From positions 4,997 through 68,996 of the forward strand of contig DATACK010000339.1 in assembly GCA_036259115.1 (NCBI GenBank): a stretch of DNA of 64,000 nucleotides, read 5' to 3'. Positions 9,438-19,455 of the stretch are shown piece by piece; position 1 is the stretch's first letter, and the number at the start of each line of letters is the position of its first letter. Source of the stretch: Gammaproteobacteria bacterium. GTDB taxonomy: Bacteria > Pseudomonadota > Gammaproteobacteria > JACCYU01. The notes beneath the pieces are model-generated. The model did no database searches, was not told the origin of the DNA, and worked only from the letters and a program-made list of their open reading frames with translations. The translations under genes were made by a program, and so were the position numbers.

Positions 9438-10187
9438 CTAGCACATGTGTTGGCCGCCGTTGATCGAGATATCGGCGCCGTTAATGAAGGCGGCATGTTC
9501 AGAAGCTAAGAAGGTGACCATGTGCGCTACTTCTTCTGGCTCACCGAGCCGGCCTGCCGGAATGGTGGCGATAATCTTATTGCGGACATCCTCCGGAACC
9601 GCCATGACCATGTCGGTAGCAATGTATCCAGGCGAAACCGTATTCACCGTCACACCCTTACGCGCAACTTCCTGCGCCACCGACATGGTAAATCCATGCA
9701 TACCGGCCTTAGAGGCAGCGTAGTTGCTCTGGCCCATTTGACCCTTCTGACCGTTGATCGACGAGATATTGATTACGCGACCGAAACCACGCGAGGTCAT
9801 GCCTTCGATCACGTGTCGCGTTAAGTTGAAGACACTATTCAGATTAATGTTGATGACCGCACTCCATTGCTCAAAGGTCATCTTGCGCAGGGTTACGTCC
9901 TTAGTAATACCGGCATTGTTAACGAGGATATCGATAGGCCCAATCTCGCTCTCAACTGTCTTGACAAGCTCCTCGCATGCCTTGAAGTCGCTGACGTCGC
10001 TTTTATAGGCAGGAATATCGTAGCCATCATCCTGGCACTGCTGAGCCCATTTGCGGGCCTTCTCCTCATTGCGATAATTGGTCGCGACGCGACAGCCTAC
10101 ATCGGCTAACTCCCGGCATATAGCATCGCCTATCCCACCGGTGCCGCCGGTGACCAACGCAACTTTGCCCGTTAGATCAATCTTCAT
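9438..10187 (-). CDS. phaB: Acetoacetyl-CoA reductase.
   Basis: SDR motifs VALVTGGTGGIG and YAASKAG, in a 249-aa protein immediately downstream of phaA. Start taken at MKIDLTGK. Confidence 0.85.
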   Translation of the reverse strand: MKIDLTGKVALVTGGTGGIGDAICRELADVGCRVATNYRNEEKARKWAQQCQDDGYDIPAYKSDVSDFKACEELVKTVESEIGPIDILVNNAGITKDVTLRKMTFEQWSAVININLNSVFNLTRHVIEGMTSRGFGRVINISSINGQKGQMGQSNYAASKAGMHGFTMSVAQEVARKGVTVNTVSPGYIATDMVMAVPEDVRNKIIATIPAGRLGEPEEVAHMVTFLASEHAAFINGADISINGGQHMC

Positions 10188-10192
10188 TGCCC

Positions 10193-11377
10193 TCACCTCT
10201 CGACAGCAATAGCGACACCTTGACCCCCGCCGATGCACAATGTGGCTAAACCCTTTTGCACATCGCGCCGCATCATCTCGTAGAGCAGACTCACGAGCAC
10301 GCGCGCGCCGGATGCGCCGATCGGATGGCCAAGCGCGATAGCACCGCCATTGACGTTCACCTTCTCGGGATCCCAGCCCATATCACGATTAACCGCAATG
10401 GCCTGCGCAGCAAAAGCTTCATTGGCCTCGATCAAATCCAAGTCCTCGACCCGCCATCCAGCCTTTTCCAGGCAACGAGTGCTGGCGGGGATAGGCCCAG
10501 TGCCCATAATCGCCGGATCCACACCCGCGTTTGCATAGGCGGCGATGCGCGCCATGGGCTTCAAACCTAACTCCTCGGCGCGACTGCGGCTCATTACGAT
10601 TACGGCCGCGGCACCATCGTTAATACCTGATGCATTGCCCGCGGTAACCGTACCGGCATCCTTGGCGAAGGCGGGGCGTAGCTTGCTCAATCCTTCGGCG
10701 GTCACCCCTTTTCGTGGGAACTCATCCGTATCGAATACGACTGGATCGCCTTTGCGCTGAGGCACCTCGACGGGAATAATCTGATCCTTGAAGTAGCCTG
10801 CCTCTTGGGCGGCCTCGGTGCGCTGTTGCGACGTGGCCGCGAATTCGTCTTGTTCCTCGCGGCTGATTCCGTATTTCTTGGCGATATTTTCCGCTGTCGT
10901 GCCCATGTGATACTTATTAAATACGTCCCATAGGCCGTCATTGATTATGGTATCCACTAATTGCCAAGTTCCCATGCGTTGACCGGTACGAGAATTGGGC
11001 AAGGCGTGTGGAGCCTGGCTCATACTTTCCTGACCACCAGCGATGACAACCGCCGCATCACCGCAACGGATTGCTTGCGCGGCCAAGTGCACTGCCTTTA
11101 ACCCGCTGCCGCACACCTTATTAATAGTCATAGCAGGCACTGAATGCGGTAGCCCAGCCTGTATACTGGCTTGTCTTGCCGGATTCATGCCGACGCCAGC
11201 TGTCAGCACCTGTCCCAGGATTACCTCGCTAATTTGATCGGGCTGCAAACCTGCGCGGGATAGCAGCCCGGCGATAACCTTGGCACCCAGCGCGCTTGCT
11301 GGCAGTGAGGACAAGGTGCCGCCGAATGAGCCAATAGCGGTACGGCCGGCAGCCACAATGATAATGTCTTCTTTCAT
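10193..11377 (-). CDS. phaA: Acetyl-CoA acetyltransferase (beta-ketothiolase).
   Basis: Thiolase signatures: active-site Cys in [10 protein letters not shown], the C-terminal [12 protein letters not shown] motif, 394 aa. Confidence 0.9.
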   Translation of the reverse strand: MKEDIIIVAAGRTAIGSFGGTLSSLPASALGAKVIAGLLSRAGLQPDQISEVILGQVLTAGVGMNPARQASIQAGLPHSVPAMTINKVCGSGLKAVHLAAQAIRCGDAAVVIAGGQESMSQAPHALPNSRTGQRMGTWQLVDTIINDGLWDVFNKYHMGTTAENIAKKYGISREEQDEFAATSQQRTEAAQEAGYFKDQIIPVEVPQRKGDPVVFDTDEFPRKGVTAEGLSKLRPAFAKDAGTVTAGNASGINDGAAAVIVMSRSRAEELGLKPMARIAAYANAGVDPAIMGTGPIPASTRCLEKAGWRVEDLDLIEANEAFAAQAIAVNRDMGWDPEKVNVNGGAIALGHPIGASGARVLVSLLYEMMRRDVQKGLATLCIGGGQGVAIAVER

Positions 11378-11644
11378 TCTCCGCTCCTAAACTGAGATTT
11401 ACGGTTGGCTAACTCAGTTGTAATTGCTCTACGTGGGGTTACTATGCGAAATGAGGGTGTCACATGCATGCAACGCTATCAAAGCTCAGCGCGTGATACT
11501 AGATATGGATGCAACTTAAATGCCGTTACGCTTGGGTTTAGCGCAATGTTGCGACGCAAAACAAGCTTATGTTACGGTTAGTAGGGTAATATACGTGGAT
11601 TGCGGCCATGCACTTGCTCCAAATTCTCGCTGGAGGCAGTCGTC

Positions 11645-12814
11645 ATGAATGATAATCCGTTTACCGCCTGGGCCAATCAGTTGCTTGAATATCAACGTCA
11701 ATATCAAGACGTATGGCAGACATTCGCTTCCAGCGCAAATGGAGCGCGTCTCGGCGTGGAGGGCCTCAATAACGCGAATCCGTGGATAGCGGCACTGGAT
11801 CAATGGTGGAAAGCGGTATCTCCTAGTGCGGCGCCGTCGGTGCAGAATTTCTACTCCAAGCTGGTAGAACAGGGAAAGGCATACTTTCAAGTAACGGATG
11901 GTTTAAGCAGGGCGCTCCAGCAGGCGACCGCTGCGGGTGAGTCTGCCATGCGATGGCAGGAGGCCGTAAATAATGTGCTGTCCAGCCTAAGAGACATGTT
12001 CGCGGGGCAAAGGACGGATGTTCAAGGGGCTGCACGCCAGGCCATGGGCTTTTGGGAGCTGCCCCTTAATACATGGCGGAGAGCGGTATCGTCGTCAATA
12101 TTGCCCGGCGACTTTTTGCAAGATGTTGGCGCATCAAGTATCGGTCAAGTGCGCGATCAGCTCCATGGTCGCGTCGATCAACTGTTATCCACACCCGCCA
12201 TTGGCTACATGCGCGAAGATCAGGAAAAGGTACAAACCCTGATTAGGCTAAATCTCGATTATCAACAGGCGTTGCAAGATTACGTAGCTACCTATGCTGA
12301 AATAGGCGTCAAGTGTGTCGAGGTGCTGCAGCAGAATCTTCAGCAACGGGTGGCGGAACGCAAGCCTATTGAATCACTGCGCGAGCTCTATGGTCTATGG
12401 GTTGATAGCTGTGAACAGGCCTATGGTGATTACGTCAGCACTGATAAGTACGTCGAGATCTATGGACGTCTGGTTAATAGTCTGATGGCATTAAAGCGGC
12501 ACGGCCATATGATGCTCGATGAAGCATTGAACGCCGTTGACATACCAACCCGTAGGGAGATCCGTACTCTCGTGCATCGTATGCACGAAGTACGTTGGGA
12601 AGGTAAGGCGCTTAGGGCTGAGATTGAGATTTTGAAGGAACAACATCAGGCGTCGCTTAAGGAAAAGCAAGCTCGCCCTCCAGCTCCTGCCGTAAATAGA
12701 CCCAAACGCGCGGCCGCGAAGACGAAAGCGATGGCCTCAAAGTCTGCTGCTAAATCTAAGACCGAACAAAACTCCCGCACCAAGCGCGAACAATCAACTA
12801 CCAAGCGGTTCTAA
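11645..12814 (+). CDS. phaE: Class III PHA synthase subunit PhaE, with a Lys/Ala-rich C-terminal tail.
   Basis: Roughly 390-aa protein immediately upstream of and co-oriented with a ~355-aa class III PhaC, the canonical phaEC arrangement. It has coiled-coil-like central regions and a basic tail KRAAAKTKAMASKSAAKSK. The start at MNDNPF at 11645 was chosen over the ORF-track start at 11600. Confidence 0.65.
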   Translation: MNDNPFTAWANQLLEYQRQYQDVWQTFASSANGARLGVEGLNNANPWIAALDQWWKAVSPSAAPSVQNFYSKLVEQGKAYFQVTDGLSRALQQATAAGESAMRWQEAVNNVLSSLRDMFAGQRTDVQGAARQAMGFWELPLNTWRRAVSSSILPGDFLQDVGASSIGQVRDQLHGRVDQLLSTPAIGYMREDQEKVQTLIRLNLDYQQALQDYVATYAEIGVKCVEVLQQNLQQRVAERKPIESLRELYGLWVDSCEQAYGDYVSTDKYVEIYGRLVNSLMALKRHGHMMLDEALNAVDIPTRREIRTLVHRMHEVRWEGKALRAEIEILKEQHQASLKEKQARPPAPAVNRPKRAAAKTKAMASKSAAKSKTEQNSRTKREQSTTKRF

Positions 12815-12838
12815 TCGCAGACTTCGAGGAGGTAATCC

Positions 12839-13903
12839 ATGATACCGGTTCAGATCCGTCCTGATAGGGCCGCGAAGGAAATGCTCGAGTTTAATCAGAA
12901 GCTCGGCCTAGGCCTCAAGAACCTGATTAACATAGGCGAAATCAGCATAGGCGCGACGCCTACGGAGGTTATTTATCGCGAGGACAAACTGACCTTGCAC
13001 CGCTACCAGTCACCCTTCGGAGAACCGCACAATCCGGTGCCGGTTGTAGTCGTTTACGCGTTAGTGAATCGCCCCTATATGGCTGATCTGCAAGAAGATC
13101 GCTCGCTCGTGCGGGGCATGCTTAAGGCTGGTCAGGACGTGTATCTGATCGACTGGGGATACCCGGATCGCGCCGACCAGTATCTGACCATGGATGATTA
13201 TATCAACGGATATCTAGACCGCAGTGTAGACACTATTCGGCGGAGGCATGGGATTGACAAGGTCAACATGTTGGGCATCTGTCAAGGCGGCACCTTCAGC
13301 CTGTGTTACAGCGCCATACATGCACATAAAGTGAAGAATCTGATCACGATGGTGACACCAGTCGATTTTCAAACCCCAGGCGATTTGCTTAGTCGTTGGG
13401 TACAACAGATCGATGTCGATCTGCTGGTGGACACTATGGGCAACGTATCCGGCGATCTCATGAACTGGATGTTTCTGTCACTTAAACCCTTCCGCCTGAT
13501 GGGCCAAAAATATCTGGACATGGTCGATTTGCTTGATGATGAGGAGCAGGCCCGCAATTTCCTGCGCATGGAAAAATGGATATTTGACAGCCCGGATCAG
13601 GTCGGCGAGACGTTCAAGCAATTCGTTAAAGGCTTCTATCAAGAAAACCGCCTGATCAAGGGCGAGGTGCAGCTCGGCGCGCATCGTGTAGATCTGAGAA
13701 ACATCACGATGCCGGTCTTGAATATCTATGCCAGAGAGGATCATCTGGTGCCGCCGCCTGCAAGCACCGCCCTCAAGCGCTATGTAAGCACGCGTGATTA
13801 TAGTGAATTAGACTTCCCAGGCGGCCACATCGGCATCTATGTTAGCGGAAAGTCACAGAAAACCGTGCCCCCGGCAATCGGTGAGTGGCTCGATGCTAGA
13901 TAA
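12839..13903 (+). CDS. phaC: Class III poly(3-hydroxyalkanoate) synthase catalytic subunit PhaC.
   Basis: 354 aa with an alpha/beta-hydrolase fold and a lipase-box-like GICQGG (G-x-C-x-G) carrying the catalytic Cys. The size and the phaE partner are typical of class III synthases. Confidence 0.85.
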   Translation: MIPVQIRPDRAAKEMLEFNQKLGLGLKNLINIGEISIGATPTEVIYREDKLTLHRYQSPFGEPHNPVPVVVVYALVNRPYMADLQEDRSLVRGMLKAGQDVYLIDWGYPDRADQYLTMDDYINGYLDRSVDTIRRRHGIDKVNMLGICQGGTFSLCYSAIHAHKVKNLITMVTPVDFQTPGDLLSRWVQQIDVDLLVDTMGNVSGDLMNWMFLSLKPFRLMGQKYLDMVDLLDDEEQARNFLRMEKWIFDSPDQVGETFKQFVKGFYQENRLIKGEVQLGAHRVDLRNITMPVLNIYAREDHLVPPPASTALKRYVSTRDYSELDFPGGHIGIYVSGKSQKTVPPAIGEWLDAR

Positions 13904-14028
13904 GCAAGAAATATCCGCTGCGCTGATTCTAGGCAACTGATTAGACTTTTATTGCAGTGCCACAAATATTAGCAAATTCTCAGTGCCTTAAGCGCCCCAT
14001 CAATGATCTTACAGGAGAAGCAGCTACC

Positions 14029-15624
14029 ATGGCTACTCAAGCTTATGAGCAGTCGTCACCGGCCCTCGAAGTGACCGGGCAACTGACTTCGCAATTTAGG
14101 GAGGTTCTAACCCCTGCGGCGCTAGATTTTGTGGCGGCGCTGGCATGGCGTTTCACGGCGCGGCGCGACGAATTACTGGCAATGAGGCATGAACGTCAGA
14201 CGCGTTTGGATGCTGGTGTGATGCCGGACTTTCTGCCCGAAACAGCAGAGATCCGCAGGAGCAGCTGGCGGATAGCGCCGGCGCCAGCGGATTTACAAGA
14301 CCGCCGGGTGGAGATTACCGGCCCTGTCGATCGCAAGATGATCATCAATGCGCTCAATTCTGGCGCTAAGGTTTTCATGGCTGATTTCGAAGACGCTCAT
14401 GCGCCGACTTGGGAGGGCACTATTCAGGGCCAGATTAATCTCCGTGATGCGGTTAATGGCACTATTGAGTTTACAAATCCTCAGGGCAAGCAGTATCGTC
14501 TAAATGATTCTGTCGCAACACTCGTTGTGCGCCCGCGTGGTTGGCATCTGCCCGAGAAACACGTCTTGCTGGACGGTTTGCCCATCCCGGGTGCATTCTT
14601 GGACTTCGGACTGTATCTCTTCCACAACGCTCATACATTATTAGATAGAGGTAGCGGGCCATACTTTTACTTACCCAAACTCGAAAGTCATCTCGAGGCT
14701 CGACTTTGGAATGATGTTTTTAACTATGCCGAGCAGGTGTTGAGTATTCCACATGGAAGCATCAAGGCCACGGTGCTTATAGAGACCATCTTGGCAGCAT
14801 TCGAGATGGATGAAATCCTCTACGAGCTGCGCGATCACGTTGTCGGACTCAACTGCGGGCGTTGGGATTATATTTTCAGCTTTATCAAATGCTTTCATAA
14901 GCATCCTCAGTTCATTTTGGCCGATCGTTCGCAGCTCACGATGACGGCGCACTTCATGCGTTCGTATTCGCTGCTGTTAATCAAGACCTGCCACCGGCGC
15001 GGCGTGCATGCAATGGGTGGGATGGCGGCGCAGATCCCCATTAAAGGGGATCCAGAAGCTAATGAAATAGCGTTAGCTAAGGTACGCGCGGATAAGGAGC
15101 GTGAGGCACGCGACGGCCACGATGGAACCTGGGTAGCGCATCCCGGCCTGGTGTCCGTCGCCGAGGAGATATTCAATCGATATATGCCCGGACCTAATCA
15201 GATTGAACGGCAGCGCGATGATGTCAAAGTAACGGCACAGGATTTGCTTTCTATACCTGAAGGCGGGATTACTGAAGCCGGATTGGCTGGTAATGTTAGT
15301 GCGGCGTTACGTTACATCGCGGCCTGGAAGGGAGGGCAGGGTTCAGTGCCCATTCATAACCTTATGGAAGATGTGGCGACTGCGGAGATCGCGCGAGCCC
15401 AGCTGTGGCAATGGGTTCGGTATCCCAAAGGTGTTATGAACGATGGCCGTAAGGTAACGATTGAACTGTTCGACCAAGCGCTAGAGCATGAGTTGCAGCA
15501 AATCCGCTATGAACTCGGAGATCCGCAGTTCGAGAAAAGCCATGCGCAAGCCGCAGCCGCTTTGTTACGCAAGCTGGTAATTGACGACCGATTTGCAGAA
15601 TTTTTAACGCTGGAAGCGGACTGA
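14029..15624 (+). CDS. aceB: Malate synthase A.
   Basis: Roughly 530 aa with malate synthase A family motifs. It lies directly upstream of isocitrate lyase. Start taken at MATQAYEQ; the ORF-track start at 13957 is possible. Confidence 0.85.
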   Translation: MATQAYEQSSPALEVTGQLTSQFREVLTPAALDFVAALAWRFTARRDELLAMRHERQTRLDAGVMPDFLPETAEIRRSSWRIAPAPADLQDRRVEITGPVDRKMIINALNSGAKVFMADFEDAHAPTWEGTIQGQINLRDAVNGTIEFTNPQGKQYRLNDSVATLVVRPRGWHLPEKHVLLDGLPIPGAFLDFGLYLFHNAHTLLDRGSGPYFYLPKLESHLEARLWNDVFNYAEQVLSIPHGSIKATVLIETILAAFEMDEILYELRDHVVGLNCGRWDYIFSFIKCFHKHPQFILADRSQLTMTAHFMRSYSLLLIKTCHRRGVHAMGGMAAQIPIKGDPEANEIALAKVRADKEREARDGHDGTWVAHPGLVSVAEEIFNRYMPGPNQIERQRDDVKVTAQDLLSIPEGGITEAGLAGNVSAALRYIAAWKGGQGSVPIHNLMEDVATAEIARAQLWQWVRYPKGVMNDGRKVTIELFDQALEHELQQIRYELGDPQFEKSHAQAAAALLRKLVIDDRFAEFLTLEAD

Positions 15625-15744
15625 GTTGTCTGACGCAGAGTGGCCGAACTGCGTAATGCTGCGTAATCGATTATCGGCCGTGTAGCGCCTGATCAATATT
15701 GCAGATCAAGCGCTTGGCGAGCATATTGAGGAGGATGGAGAGTC

Positions 15745-17055
15745 ATGAGTAAACAGTTATCAACGAATGAGCTAGAGCGGGACTGGGGGGGGAATCCCCG
15801 CTGGCAGGGCGTGCAACGCGGTTATACGGCCGCGGATGTCGTGCGGTTGCGCGGCAGCTTGCAGATCGAGCATACGCTTGCGCGGCATGGAGCACAGAAG
15901 CTTTGGGAGCGCCTGACCCATGAGGATTACGTACACGCGCTGGGCGCTATGACAGGCAATCAGGCCATGCAAATGGCTAAAGCGGGCTTGAAGGCGATCT
16001 ATCTGAGCGGCTGGCAGGTTGCCGCGGACGCAAACAGTAGTTTTCAGATGTATCCTGATCAGAGCCTTTATCCGGTCGACAGCGTGCCCACGGTGGTCAG
16101 AAAGATTAACAATGCATTCAAACGGGCGGATGAGATTTATCACGCTGAAGGCAAAGATGAGATCGATTGGTTTGTCCCCGTAGTCGCCGACGCCGAGGCT
16201 GGCTTCGGCGGCATCTTGAACGCCTTCGAGCTGATGAAGGGCATGATTGAGGCGGGTGCCGCAGGCGTGCATTTTGAAGATCAATTGGCTTCAGCCAAGA
16301 AATGCGGCCACATGGGCGGCAAGGTTTTGGTGCCCACTCAAGAGGCGATTACCAAGCTTGTAGCCGCGCGTCTGGCTGCGGATATCATGGGCGTGCCGAC
16401 TATTATCTTAGCGCGTACCGACGCGGAGGCGGCTAATCTGCTGACTTCGGACGCCGATGAGAACGATAGGCCATTCTTGACCGGCGAACGCACTTATGAG
16501 GGTTTTTTCCGTGTCAGAAGCGGCCTTGAGCAGGCTATCTCCCGCGGACTTGCCTACGCGCCTTTCGCCGACTTGGTGTGGTGTGAAACGGGTAAACCGG
16601 ATCTCAAGTTTGCCAAGGCATTCGCAGAGGCTATCCACAAGCAATATCCCGATAAGCTGCTGGCTTATAACTGTTCACCATCGTTCAACTGGCGCAAGAA
16701 TCTAGATGACGCCACCATCGTGAAATTCCAGCGTGAACTAGGTGCTATGGGATATAAGTTCCAGTTCATCACGCTAGCCGGGTTCCATGCCCTCAACTAC
16801 AGCATGTTCGATCTCGCCGATAAGTACCGGGATCAGGGCATGAGCGCTTACGTGGAATTGCAGCAAAAGGAATTTGCGGCCGAGACACGGGGCTATACGG
16901 CGACTAAACATCAACGTGAAGTCGGTGCCGGCTATTTTGATAGCGTGACCTCGGTCATTACCGGCGGCGCATCCTCGCTGGGTGCATTGAGTGGTTCAAC
17001 CGAAGAAGAACAGTTCGAGACGAGTATGCCCAAGCTCGCAAGCGTCGACAAGTAA
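15745..17055 (+). CDS. aceA: Isocitrate lyase.
   Basis: ICL signature K-KCGH-GGK ([18 protein letters not shown]), 436 aa. Confidence 0.92.
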   Translation: MSKQLSTNELERDWGGNPRWQGVQRGYTAADVVRLRGSLQIEHTLARHGAQKLWERLTHEDYVHALGAMTGNQAMQMAKAGLKAIYLSGWQVAADANSSFQMYPDQSLYPVDSVPTVVRKINNAFKRADEIYHAEGKDEIDWFVPVVADAEAGFGGILNAFELMKGMIEAGAAGVHFEDQLASAKKCGHMGGKVLVPTQEAITKLVAARLAADIMGVPTIILARTDAEAANLLTSDADENDRPFLTGERTYEGFFRVRSGLEQAISRGLAYAPFADLVWCETGKPDLKFAKAFAEAIHKQYPDKLLAYNCSPSFNWRKNLDDATIVKFQRELGAMGYKFQFITLAGFHALNYSMFDLADKYRDQGMSAYVELQQKEFAAETRGYTATKHQREVGAGYFDSVTSVITGGASSLGALSGSTEEEQFETSMPKLASVDK

Positions 17056-17175
17056 CTGAATGCAGTGGCGGGGTGCGCCCTGCCACTGGACTTCTCCAGT
17101 AAGGCTGGCCATATTATCCACCGTGTATAACATCCGGTTGAACCGGTTTCCGTTTACGTGAGTTTAGGATAAAGC

Positions 17176-18543
17176 ATGGCCTACGAATATGTCTTAAGGC
17201 CCGCCGAGGGGGAGCCGATCACCGCCAATCCGGATAACACACTCAATGTTCCCGATCATCCAATAATCCCTTTCGTGGAAGGTGACGGAATTGGCATTGA
17301 CGTAACGCCAGTGATGCGAAGGGCCGTCAATGCCGCGGTGAAAAAGGCCTACGGCGATAAGCGCTCGATCGCATGGATGGAGATCTACGCCGGTGAGAAG
17401 GCGCTCAAGTTGTATGGTGAGAACACCTGGTTACCCGAAGAGACCCTCGATGCGATGCGCAAATTTGTCGTGTCGATTAAGGGGCCATTGACCACGCCCA
17501 TTGGGCAGGGCATGCGCTCGCTGAACGTAGCGATTCGGCAGAAGCTTGACCTCTACGCCTGCATACGGCCGATTCGCTATTTCCCAGGAACGCCGACGCC
17601 TTTGAAGGAATCAAGCGATACGGATATGGTGGTGTTTCGGGAGAACACCGAAGACATCTATGCTGGCATCGAGTGGGCCGCGGAAAGCGAACAGGTCAAA
17701 AAGGTCATCAATTTCCTGCGTCACGAAATGGGCGTCACTGAGATCCGATTTCCTGCTAGTTCGGGTATCGGTATCAAGCCGGTATCTCGCGAGGGCTCGG
17801 CGCGTCTGGTGCGCAAGGCGATTCAGTACGCCATAGATTGTGATCGCAGATCGGTCGCCCTGGTACATAAGGGTAATATCATGAAGTATACGGAAGGCGC
17901 ATTCCGAACTTGGGGTTACGAGGTAGCCGACAAGGAATTTGGTGCCGTGCTGATTGGCGAAGGACCTTGGCGACGAATTACCAACCCCGTAACTGGCAAC
18001 GAAATCATTATAAAAGACGTCATCGCCGATAACTTCTTGCAGCAGATTTTACTGCGTCCCGAGGATTACGATGTAATCGCGACGTTGAATCTCAACGGCG
18101 ATTACATCTCCGATGCACTCGCGGCGCAAGTGGGCGGAATCGGTATTGCGCCGGGTGCTAACATTGCCGACACCATCGCCGTATTCGAGGCGACTCACGG
18201 TACCGCGCCTAAGTACGCGGGCAAAAACCGTGTAAATCCTGGTTCTATCATCTTATCCGCCGAGATGATGCTCAGATACATGGGTTGGACTGAAGCGGCC
18301 GATCTGATTTTGAAAGGCGTAAGGGGCGCAATTGCCGCCAGGACCGTGACCTATGATCTGGCCAGGGCACGCGCTGGCATGCTCGCGCGTGGCGTGCGGG
18401 TAGACAGCACGCGGGCGGTAGAAGAGAGCCTCGAACGCCTTATGCCTGGCGCCACCTTGGTGACAACTTCCGGTTTTGGTGACGCCGTAATTGCGAGTAT
18501 GAATGCCCCGCCCACCCAGCGGAGAGATCCTAAGCTTAATTGA
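17176..18543 (+). CDS. icd: NADP-dependent isocitrate dehydrogenase (prokaryotic homodimeric type).
   Basis: Near-colinear with E. coli Icd from memory ([88 protein letters not shown]). The regulatory Ser in GMRSLNV is conserved. Confidence 0.9.
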   Translation: MAYEYVLRPAEGEPITANPDNTLNVPDHPIIPFVEGDGIGIDVTPVMRRAVNAAVKKAYGDKRSIAWMEIYAGEKALKLYGENTWLPEETLDAMRKFVVSIKGPLTTPIGQGMRSLNVAIRQKLDLYACIRPIRYFPGTPTPLKESSDTDMVVFRENTEDIYAGIEWAAESEQVKKVINFLRHEMGVTEIRFPASSGIGIKPVSREGSARLVRKAIQYAIDCDRRSVALVHKGNIMKYTEGAFRTWGYEVADKEFGAVLIGEGPWRRITNPVTGNEIIIKDVIADNFLQQILLRPEDYDVIATLNLNGDYISDALAAQVGGIGIAPGANIADTIAVFEATHGTAPKYAGKNRVNPGSIILSAEMMLRYMGWTEAADLILKGVRGAIAARTVTYDLARARAGMLARGVRVDSTRAVEESLERLMPGATLVTTSGFGDAVIASMNAPPTQRRDPKLN

Positions 18544-18563
18544 ATAATGGAGTGCAAACGTCT

Positions 18564-19379
18564 TCAGTAACTGTGGCGCTGCAGGCCTCTCTCCTGCACA
18601 ATGCGGGTAGCAATTTCCTCGACCGAGCGCGTCGTCGTGGCAAGGAACGGGATACCTTTTGCTTTGTACAAATCCTCCACGGCCCGAACCTCGTAACGGC
18701 ATTGCTCTATGGAGGCATAGCGACTGCCGGGGCGGCGGGCCGTACGAATACTCTGCAGGCGTTCCGGAGTGGTGGTCAAGCCGTATAGCTTATCCACATA
18801 CGGTCTTAGCATACGCGGCAGCACCCCTTGGCCCAGATCTTCCTCTGTAATGGGATAGTTAGCTGCACGAATGCCGAACTGAAGTGCGAGATACAGGCAA
18901 GTTGGGGTTTTCCCGGAGCGGGATACCCCGATAAGGATAATGTCGGATTGGTCGTACTGTTGGGTATAAGCGCCGTCATCATGCAGCAGCGCAAAATTGA
19001 TGGCCTCCATGCGGGATTCATATCTGTGCACATCGACAAGCCGGTGCGAACGCTCCGCGCGCTCTCGCGGCTTTATCTCAAGCTCTGTTTCCAATGGCTG
19101 TAAAAACTGATGAAAGAGGTCCAACACCAATCCGTGCGAGGCCAGGATCAAGGCTCTGATATCTGGATTGGCCAATGTGCTGAATACAATGGGCCGATTG
19201 GCGTCTTGCGCTGCGGCGCGATCGATCTGTTCGGCCACCGATGCTGCTTTATCACGGCTGTCGACATAGGGCACAGTGAATTCGCGATATTGTAGGCCTT
19301 CGAATTGAGCTAGAAGACTATGCCCTAAGGTTTCCGCGGTAATGGCAGTACGATTAGATAAAAAAAATACACTACGCAT
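18564..19379 (-). CDS. ppsR: PEP synthase regulatory protein (bifunctional kinase/pyrophosphorylase, PSRP/DUF299).
   Basis: 271 aa. It is divergent from ppsA and has the P-loop-like motif GVSRSGKTPT, which together define this family. Confidence 0.85.
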   Translation of the reverse strand: MRSVFFLSNRTAITAETLGHSLLAQFEGLQYREFTVPYVDSRDKAASVAEQIDRAAAQDANRPIVFSTLANPDIRALILASHGLVLDLFHQFLQPLETELEIKPRERAERSHRLVDVHRYESRMEAINFALLHDDGAYTQQYDQSDIILIGVSRSGKTPTCLYLALQFGIRAANYPITEEDLGQGVLPRMLRPYVDKLYGLTTTPERLQSIRTARRPGSRYASIEQCRYEVRAVEDLYKAKGIPFLATTTRSVEEIATRIVQERGLQRHSY

Positions 19380-19455
19380 GACTAGCCCTCGCTGGTGGCG
19401 ACGTTTTGTGTCACCCTCTTACTTTGAAGCTTATCGCTAATACGGAGAAACCCTC

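Noticed and set aside
15772-16284. 170-aa ORF antisense to aceA. Similar long antisense ORFs occur at 49978-50538 (opposite dapD), 57969-58496 (opposite pyrH), 63335-63934 (opposite bamA), 45581-46006, 18253-18702 and 2246-2587.
   Set aside because: All lie entirely within, and opposite to, strongly conserved genes whose translations are unmistakable. They are the usual GC-rich antisense shadow ORFs, with no RBS or recognisable product.
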